From Chrysomallon squamiferum (taxonomy: Eukaryota; Animalia; Mollusca), in the NCBI GenBank assembly GCA_012295275.1, contig CM022670.1, forward strand, positions 19,530,001-19,594,000: a stretch of DNA of 64,000 nucleotides, written 5' to 3'. This document shows, in pieces, positions 55,243-64,000 of this stretch (position 1 is the first letter of the stretch; the number at the start of each line of letters is the position of its first letter). A program made the translations under genes and the position numbers. The notes beneath the pieces are model-generated. The model was not told the DNA's origin. It made no database searches and saw only the letters and a program-made list of their open reading frames with translations.

Positions 55243-58200
55243 TTATTTTCTTGTGACAGTATTACCTTCTGTACAATCAACTCCCATCCATCCTGCCTCA
55301 CACTGTCCGTAACAAGAACCATTAATTGGATCACATTGTTTCATATTTGTAGACATACAGTGACGACTGGCACATTTCTTTTCACAGTTAGAACCGTAGT
55401 TGATTCCTCTTTTACACTCTGGTATAGAGACCGCTATGACATTTGTCACTGAATTTTTATAATAATTTTAAATTTAGTTGTATCATATTTTAAAATGTAC
55501 ATTATAATTTATTATTTTGGCGATATAATTACTGAACTTTAGCAGCTTACAATTTTAGGCTGAATGAATAATATTAAGCATAAAGTTAATTCTATGCGTG
55601 TATTTTTCTCCCAATGATTTGACAACTAACACAACTGATCCATGTCCGTATTTGTTTGAATATATACAATGCAAAGATATCATAGATCAAGAAAAGACAT
55701 ACACAATAATAACATGTAGTTAATTAAGATACTGCTGCAATTGTAAGGGTAGAAGAAATGGAACACCACAGAGATAGTGACATTTTTCTATTTAGTTATT
55801 TACCTCTGCAGTCTGTGCCTCCCCAGCCAGACTGACAACCATTTTCACAGGTCCCAGTAATGTGATTACAACTTGAATCTCCCATACAGTGTCTTTCTGA
55901 ACACTTCAGTAAACATTCAGGGCCATATGAATCTTGACTACAAACTAGAAAACATCTCAGTACAGTTGTTACCATTCAGATAACAACTCAGTAATTAGAA
56001 AGCATTTATATGAAAGGAATAATTATTTATATTTTATAGATTAAATTGAATATCAGATATTACATTTCTTTTACATTTTCAAATTTAATGTTTTTTTGGT
56101 ATGTTAAAAACAATTATATTTAAATAAATACCTGTTGAACAGTCACGACCTTTCCAGCCATCTTCGCATATTCCTGAGCAGAATCCATTACTTTCTGGAC
56201 ACGGAGAAGAAACAGCACAATGACGATCATCACAACTTTTGTTACAGTGTCTACCATAAAACCCCTCATCACAGGCTTCAGAAATGAATCAAAGATGCGG
56301 TAAAAATTCACTTTTAACCACAAAAGAACAGAAAGAAATAGCAACAGCAATAATAATGTTAATAATAGAGAGAAATGCGAACCTTTGAAACCTTGAAAAC
56401 AGTCGATATCATATTATTTTGAAGATATAATTATTGAACCGTACGAAATTTTAGGTTGAATGAATCTTATTAAACACAGTGTTAATTGTAAACGAATCAT
56501 TGTTTTTTTTTCTTCTTTTTTTCGATTTAGTGATGTTCAGTTCTTTTCGTGTATTTTTCTTCTAATGATTTTACAAACTGATATAGTTTATCCACGTAGA
56601 TATAGATATATGTTTTAGTGTTTAGACATTTTCAAGGACATAAACACAGTTAAAGTTTCTCGCAAACATCCGTCCAAAATGTTACAGGTTACAAATGAAA
56701 AAAAAATAAGTTTCAGAACAGTTCCACTATTTTATTACAAAACAACATGTTATTCTGTATATATAAATATACAGTTAGTTGTACATGAACCATACGTGTA
56801 TGACCTCCGTATTTAGTTATATTTATAATACCAGCGGACGTAAAGATTTATTATAATTAATCATTAAATTATTTCAGTTTTAAAGGATAAATGTTATGAG
56901 TTACGCCTATAAACTATTTTATTTGATTATTCCTAAGAGTATAATTATATATGATTTATCAAAATACATTTGCATATGTAACCGTTTTATCTGTCAAATT
57001 TGTTACTTTTATGTGCAATTTCTTCGTATTTTGTAATGTCAGTGTGATAATAAATATTGTCATAAACGAATAAAAAAGAAACAAACAAACAAAAGCAACA
57101 AATAAATAATTAATAAAAGTAAAAGTATAATGGGTATAATTAAAAAGTCATATACTCTTATGAGAGTATAATAGCTTCAAGTCTCAAATGACTACAACAA
57201 GTAAGATTACTTTATGCCCGATACATATATATATATATATCACAGTAATACATTTTACAATATGTGAATTATTAAAGAAGACAGAAATCAAATGCAACAA
57301 TAATAATAGCGAGAAATTCAAATTTTGTAAACCTTGCAAACAGTCGACTCCTTTCCATCCAGGCTGACATCCATCATTACACTTTCCACTTGTGAAAGGA
57401 CAATAATTTGAATTTGCAGAACAGTGACGATCTGAACATGACTTTTTACAGTTTGGCCCATATTTTACTCTCCTCTCACATGCTGAAACACATTGAATAA
57501 TAGATTTCAATTTCATATAAATTCAGAGTTCAAACTGTGGTTTTCATCATGAATGTATAACGAACAATAAATAAATACGTCAATAGATAAACAAACAGAC
57601 AACCAGAAACAGATAGAAAAGAAAGTAAATAAGCCACAAAAAATGTTTTGCAGGAAAAAAGGTACAGATAAAAGATAAATCAAAAGCTTTGCCAATAAAT
57701 ATTTCCAAATATGCTGAAATGGAAAACAGCTGTGATACTCTCGCAGTTAAATCTTTACATTTTGTTTCACCCAGCAATATGTTTCACCCAGCAATACCTT
57801 TTTTCTTATTAAATCTTCACAAAATATTTCTGAACATAACAACATTTAAGATTCTAATTAACATTTGCACTAATTTCTGCAACCGAGAAATAATGTACTA
57901 ATTACTGATTATTACAGAAAATTGATTTTTGTTTGTGGGCACTAACATAGTAATAATTGTGTTATTACTTTGTTTACAGTCGATTCCTTTCCAGCCTGGT
58001 TCGCAGCCTTCAGGTCCACAGTCTCCTGTTACTGTATCACAAGAAACTCTAGACGAAGCACAGTGACGACTGCTACAGAAAAACCTACACTTAGCACCGT
58101 ATCTTCCGTCTTCAGAACATGCTGGTAATAAGAAATTATAAAATAATTGCCAGATAAATGTTGTTTTCTTAAAATTCTGTACAAAAGTGAAGAGTAGATT

Positions 58201-58854
58201 ATAAATATCTTCTAACAAAGTAATAATAAAGTATTATTACGGTAACATAATTATGCTTTCAGATCGATTAAATCATATTGTTTCATTTAGAATCTAAATC
58301 ACATTGATGTAGAAAAAAAAAATATTATTTCCGTCTGTTTATTGATGTAGTAACGGTATTCGCTTAATTTCTCTTTGAAATAATTACCCGTTGTGCAGTC
58401 TCGTCCTCTCCAGCCATCTTGACATTTTCCTGAGCATAATCCATCCCATGCTGGACACGGTGCAGAAACATCAGCACAATGACGATCACTACAACGTTTG
58501 TTACACTGAAGACCATATAAACCAGAACCACAGGCTTAGGAAATAAAACAGTGACGTAGTAAAAGCACCACGGTCAAACACCAAACAAGAATATGAACAA
58601 GGACACCAACATAAATAACAAAAAAGAAGAAAAAATTAAAAGAAGAATATTAAAACAATAACAACAATAATAATGATAACGGAACAAATGGATTAATAGG
58701 TACGCACGTACATAGATACATGCGTGCATACATACATAAAATCCAAAATACCACCATACAATATATTCATATGTTAAATGCTTTCTATTATCATTACAGA
58801 AATTACACAGTTTATTGTAGATAAGAACGTCAAAAAAATACATAAATAAATGAA

Positions 58855-58885
<31 letters not shown>

Positions 58886-58990
58886 AAAATAAATAAATAA
58901 ATAGAAATACTTGCCATGTGCGGCATACATTTCTGCTATTTTCACGAAGATCGACTCAAGAAATAGATAATAAAACCATCGTGCCGCCAT
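40855..58990 (-). CDS. Gene C: RPTP paralog with 13 MEGF-type EGF modules, TM, PTP D1 and D2; carries a +1 frameshift in the D1-D2 linker exon
   Basis: Signal 58915-58990. EGF exons: 58388-58534, 57969-58121, 57333-57482, 56132-56275, 55804-55944, 55266-55418, 54895-55041, 53714-53854, 53240-53386, 52618-52764, 52068-52214, 51280-51423, 50743-50889. TM 50165-50261. Cytoplasmic exons: 49518-49603, 48831-48973, 47968-48055, 47334-47410, 46936-46972, 46571-46668, 46287-46412, 45829-45974 (WPDHG, VHCS), 45290-45428 (AGIGRTG), 44498-44645 (148 nt, frameshift), 43815-43848, 43313-43377, 42854-42970, 42339-42464, 41667-41824, 41230-41368, 40855-40929 (TVYANCP*). Phosphatase-domain exon sizes and phases mostly match genes A and B. 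Confidence 0.9.
41813..42009. repeat. About 73-80-bp tandem repeat (2 good copies, 1 degenerate) duplicating a gene C splice acceptor
   Basis: ctgtttctttctgt(a/g)ag...tttaatgtct recurs at about 41815, 41888 and 41968. Confidence 0.85.
53700..55978 (-). repeat. Recent exon duplication in gene C: about 53700-53890 is nearly identical to about 55790-55978
   Basis: The two 141-nt exons (CSQDSYGPEC.LKCSERHC.GDSSCNHITG.CENGCQSGWGGTDCR) and their flanking intron edges are shared. Confidence 0.9.
54265..54379 (+). pseudogene. 5'-truncated MEGF-type exon in inverted orientation inside a gene C intron
   Basis: The plus strand reads DIICKDRHCMNNLSCSRETGECKNGLCEIGWIGTDCTE A|gtac, opposite to the host gene. 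Confidence 0.8.
56390..56410 (-). pseudogene. 3' remnant of an EGF exon (copy of the exon 57333-57482 end)
   Basis: gat atc gac tgt ttt caa g|gttt versus gga gtc gac tgt ttg caa g|gttt, with similar adjacent intron sequence. Confidence 0.55.
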
Positions 58991-60879
58991 TGTTACGAAT
59001 GATTTGCATTTCACAAAGCAGGAAGAATAATAGTGTCTTAAAACAGGATGTAATGTCGTCAGTGTAATTACGTTGCCATTGTGAACATAGAGAAAACTAA
59101 TGACTATCCAGCCATAAATTTTCAATTGTTATTTTTGTACTTTGTATAAAAAAGGAAATATGATTTAAAAAAAATAATAAATATCAAAGTTGATGATGAT
59201 AATGATGGTGATGCTGCTAATACAATAATACAAATATTACAATAACTAGTGTTTTATGGGTTATTTTTTTCCCCTTTTTTGTTGTCTATTTTCAGCTTAG
59301 TCTAGAACGGGATATATTGTTTTTCTTATTGTATTTTGTTTGTTGTGGATTTTGTGTGTGTGTGTTTTGGTGTTTTTTTATTATTATAAAATAAACCAAA
59401 ACTTTGTGTCAGTTAAATTGTTTCAATAAATCAATATCGGTATCAGGATAAAAACTAAAGTATAGGTGTGATAAATTATTCACATTTGTATCAGTTTCAT
59501 TTACTATTTAAGTTGATACGTTCAGTTTACTTTCACTTATTGCTAATGTAGTCTGTAGTGTCGTCTTGAAACATCTGTTCCTGTATATTTTTTCTATATT
59601 GTATTCTGCTTCTACTACTACTGCTGCTTCTGCTGCTTCTGCTACTACAGCTAGTACTACCGCTGCTATTATTATTATTATTATTATTAATGCTTCTACT
59701 ACTGCTACTGCTACCAACACCACCACCACCACCACCACTACAACTGCTACTACATCCTTTCTTTCTTTCTTTTCTTTCTATTTTATCTAGTTCATTTTAT
59801 TTTATTTGGCATATGGTATATTCACTGTTTTATTTGTTTGTTTGTTGTTGCTGTTATTAAAAGATTTGCTTCGGTCATACAAATAATACCAATAATGGTG
59901 GTGCAATTAACAAAAGAAAAAATATGTTATAAAGTAAACTTTTTAGTAGCTGTGTTTTTAACGAAACTAAAGAAATCAAAAATTAAATTGTTTTAAAGTT
60001 TTTATTTCGATATTTTGATCAAGTTTAGTTCAAAATAGCAATAACAACAATAACAACAACGACGACGATAAGAACAACAGTAATAATAGCAAGCACTTTT
60101 CTACTTTGTTAAGTGATAAATAGTTAAGATACAGGTCAGTAAATGAAAACAATTAGAATTGTGTTGAAGTGTTGTACTTGACTACATAAACACTCGTTCC
60201 TGTTTGAAGTCAGTTTTTGTGTCACCGAGCGTCATAGATTTGTTTAATCTTTCTGGGTTATTACAACATCAGATAGCTAATGACCCAGTATTCGTCTAAT
60301 TGTTCTTACTTGTTTTCCCCTAAAGGGTTTTATGTTATCTTAAAAGTCATACATACATACATCATATATTCATATACATACAGGGACACACATACACATA
60401 TATAAAGATAAACTAATTCTTACAGAAAGATATACTACTAAAAAAAAGTTAAGGGTCAAAGAAACTTTTTGATAATTTTTGGAAGTATGTTTTTTTTTTT
60501 TTTTTTTTTAGGCCTGATAGAGTTTGAATATTAAACTTTGTATTGTCATTTGGATTAAAGTCATCACATTATTAAGGGCATGCAATCATTGTCCTCATCT
60601 TTAGAAACTTCTTATGATAACCCAGATTTCCTTTTCATGGATTTGAAGCAAAAACATAGTCAGACTAAACTGATAGGCTGCCTTGATTAACCCGCTGTGA
60701 TACCTCGTGCTTAGCATGAGTGTAATTCAATGCATGTCAATTTTAGCAATGAAAGGGATGAGCATTATCCTTTGCATTAGAAGATGGTTCGACGACAGTT
60801 CAGTTTAAAACAGAGGCGAAAGGCCACTGGTTGGCTATAAAATGGATACACTTAAAGATCCGCGGGTCACAGGCTAAAT

Positions 60880-61270
60880 GTATTATAAATAGACTCTGGA
60901 AGAGGTTCAGGACGACTAAGTCTATTCACAATCGCTCCCGCTCTGGAAGACCACGATTAACAAAAGCACGAGAAGACAGTTTCGTGATGATAACGGTATT
61001 GTGAGAGCGTGGAGTCTAGCCAGATCATTCGAATAGTCTACGAGATCAAGATTTGTGATGTCGACGATCTGTCGTCCGACCATAGCTACATCCCCGTCAC
61101 AATTTGCTGATGTTAACGTTGTCCAACATCAACAATTTGAGGAGGAAGTGTAAGGGTGTGGGTGGGCATATCCATAAATCACAGACCAGGAGACTGGTTT
61201 CAGGACGACAACGCATACTTCATTGTGTCAGGGAGGTGACCGACTTTCTGCAGCAGCAGAACATTCAGCA
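60880..61270 (+). mobile_element. Decayed, internally deleted Tc1/mariner transposase fragment
   Basis: Translated pieces with stops and frameshifts: IINRLWKRFRTT...RSGRPR.T..RED (GRPR at 60945-60956), GGSV.VW.GIS (about 61141-61173) and FQDDNA..H....VTDFLQQQNI (from 61198). No terminal inverted repeats were identified. Confidence 0.8.
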
Positions 61271-61616
61271 CATTTGTCAGCGTTTGATGAAATATTGCGT
61301 TCTTGTCTTGAGACATCAAATAAATAATTTGTCATTAGTCATCACAATTTTAGCATATTAGCTTATTTTTATTTGCACATATAGTTTGTACCCTTAACTT
61401 CTTTTGAGCAGTATCTACCAAAAATAATCCCAATTTTTCTCACCATCTGTCCCTCTGACTCATTTCCTCTGTATATGTATATGTGTGTGTGTGTGTGTGC
61501 GTATGTGTGTGTGCGTATATGTCTGCATATATATTTATATATGTATGTATATATGTGCATGTGTCTTTGTATGAATGTGTAGATTTGCATGTATGATTGT
61601 ACATATTTAGAGAGAG

Positions 61617-61689
<73 letters not shown>

Positions 61690-62069
61690 GAGAGGTAACA
61701 GAGAGAGAGAGAGTAATCATTGTCTATAAAATGGAGCAACAGATGTAACAATTGTAATTTAGTTTCAGAAGCAAATTATTTTTGTTGTGACAGTAATTAC
61801 TAGTATACATATATACAAACATACATAAATACACACTCAAATACATACATACATACATACATACATATACACATGTATCGATTCAGACATTTATACATAT
61901 ATATAAACACTCATACATACAAACGATCATATATGCATACATATACATGCACACTTATATAGACAGATACATATATATATATACATACATACATACATAC
62001 ATACATACATTCGTGCATACCTACATAATTATATACAGCTTTGTACCTGTCTATCAAACATCGAAATCA

Positions 62070-63970
62070 TTCAAATAACTACGCATACAACTCGTAAGTT
62101 TGTGCGGCTTTTTAACTTTTATGTGATTCCAAGAATACCCAATTAAATCCCTCAGAAATGAAAATCTTGCTGTTTAATGCTTATATTCAGTTTCTAATGA
62201 AAATAATACAGAAGTAAGAAATATTGATGTACACGTTAGTACGAAAACAGACACACACACACATTTTTTTTTTTTATTGGCTGAGTCTACAAATGATTCT
62301 TTGTTATTACATTACTGAATTAAGCAATCTTATTTTGTATACGAAGTGAATTTCTAAAGCCTTAAATTCTGAATACAAAACTGTACACGTCTATGTTTGT
62401 AGGATTTAATATTTGTTTAATGAAACTGATTGTTAGTGTTATCGTGATTGTTATGATCATTGTCTATTGCTGTTATTTTGAAATTATGCAATACTATGAA
62501 GAGAAAAAAAAAACCCATTCTACTGTTGTTTTATCGGTTTTTATTTGCAGACCATTTTTCATGTCCACCTTTCTAGAAAACAAAAAATAACAGAGCTCTC
62601 TCTAATGGCACTGTCTGAAACGAAGATTTATAGCTTTATGTATTAGTTCAGTTTAACAAAACTGCCTCGTACGATTAATCATTACCGTTCTCAAGATAAA
62701 TATTGAAGCGTCAGGCATGGCGATAAACGAATGATAAAAGTATTAGAATCAGTTTCGTTCACTGCTTGAGACATCACGTTCAATTTTCTTTTACCTTATT
62801 CTAATGTAGTTTTGTAATGTCCTGTTTCTATGTTTGTCCCTTTGTATTTTCGCCTGTATTGTGCAGTTTTACTTTAACAGTAGCAGTACTGATAATGAGG
62901 ATAATGCTGATGCTGATGATGATGATAATAATAATACTAATAATACAATCATCACTATCATAAATTCAAATGATTGTATTTAAACAAAAATTTCTTATCT
63001 GTTTTCTAAAAATTAATAAAGCAATAAATTAAAACAATGAGAATTATCCTGAAGTGTTGTACTTGACATAAAACGCTTGTTTCTCTTTTATGGAATATAT
63101 TTATATATAAATGCAAAATTAGCGAAATTATTTTACTCAAATAGGTTTTAATTTAATTTGTTTTTTAATTTTATATTTATTTATTTATTTGTTCATTTAT
63201 TTACTCATTCGTTTGTGTGGGTTTTTTTTTAATTAATTACTTGTATAGTACTCTGTTGTATTGTATTTAAATTATATTTCTTTTATATTGTATGGTATTA
63301 TATATTAATACATTACATTACATTTTATTATGTTATTATATTATATTTTATTACCTATCTATGTAGGTGTATCTATTTCTTCCAAACTTAATTTACTTTC
63401 CCTCTGACAAACGTTTCCAGTAAATGTGTAGAAATGCGCACTTAAACCACACCTCTGAAGTGCCGAGGGAGTTGTGATTGGTCAACATCTATTCAGTCTT
63501 TGTAGGGGCGTCGTACTCATCAGTTACTTCGGAAGTCCATCCCTCACAGGAATTGTTACTAAAACACTACTGATGGGTTATTTTATTTATTTATTTATTT
63601 ATTTGAGAGCCGAGAGAACCTGGACTGTCAATTATAACATGGAAATTGTGCAAATAACCACATATACCACTCGTAAGTTCATGCTGCAATTTTAACGTTT
63701 ATATATTTCCAGTCAGTATTAATAATAATCTCTTAAGACAAACTAATCAGAAATGAAAGTGTTAATGCTTATTTCTTGTATCCTGTTTCTGATAGAAATA
63801 ATGCAGCAACATCAAATATTGATATACATGTTATTACGAAAACAGGTATTTGTGTGTGTGTGTGTGTGTGTTGGCTATTGTTGAACTGGATTACTTGATT
63901 TTATATAATAAATTAAGGAACATTACCTCGTGTTTGCAACGAATTTCTAAAGCCTTCCTATTTGAATACA
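62070..63970. repeat. Diverged direct repeat pair of about 310 bp (62070-62380 and 63650-63970)
   Basis: Shared blocks caaataac.ac.....actcgtaagtt, cagaaatgaaa, aaatattgat.taca.gtta.tacgaaaacag and gaatttctaaagcctt occur in the same order. Confidence 0.7.
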
Positions 63971-64000
63971 TACAAAATAAAAAATAAAATAAAAAGAAGG

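Noticed and set aside
58574-59125. 183-aa minus-strand ORF, the longest in the track
   Set aside because: Only 58915-58990 (signal exon) is credible; the rest is intronic (AAAT)n low-complexity sequence.
59508-59790. Poly-Ala/Thr/Val ORFs resembling mucin or TM segments
   Set aside because: Mixed (CTA/CTG/CCA/TTA)n trinucleotide repeats without a splice context linking them to gene C.

Overview
This is very AT-rich, microsatellite-dense, intron-rich animal DNA. It looks like a mollusc/cephalopod genome, but that is an inference from composition only. Almost all ORFs in the supplied track are microsatellite noise; the real content had to be reconstructed exon by exon from splice sites and motifs. 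The window is a tandem cluster of receptor-type protein tyrosine phosphatase (RPTP) genes with EGF-rich ectodomains. Gene A (+, 113-7612) is present only as its cytoplasmic half. Gene B (+, 13848-33326, 30 exons, about 1257 aa) is complete: signal peptide, F-type-lectin/galactose-binding-like domain, 4 MEGF/laminin-type EGF plus 5 Ca-binding EGF modules, TM, active PTP D1 and dead PTP D2. Gene C (-, 58990-40855, 32 exons) has a signal peptide, 13 MEGF-type EGF modules, no lectin domain, TM, D1, and a 1-nt frameshift just before an otherwise intact D2. Between the intact genes lie decayed exons of two further paralogs (about 11.2-11.9 kb and 36.7-39.0 kb). Dead, duplicated and even inverted EGF exons sit inside introns. 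The phosphatase module of A and B is nearly identical while the ectodomains are being reshuffled. This pattern suggests a birth-and-death family of variable recognition receptors. A decayed Tc1/mariner, a 57-bp minisatellite and many microsatellites are also present.
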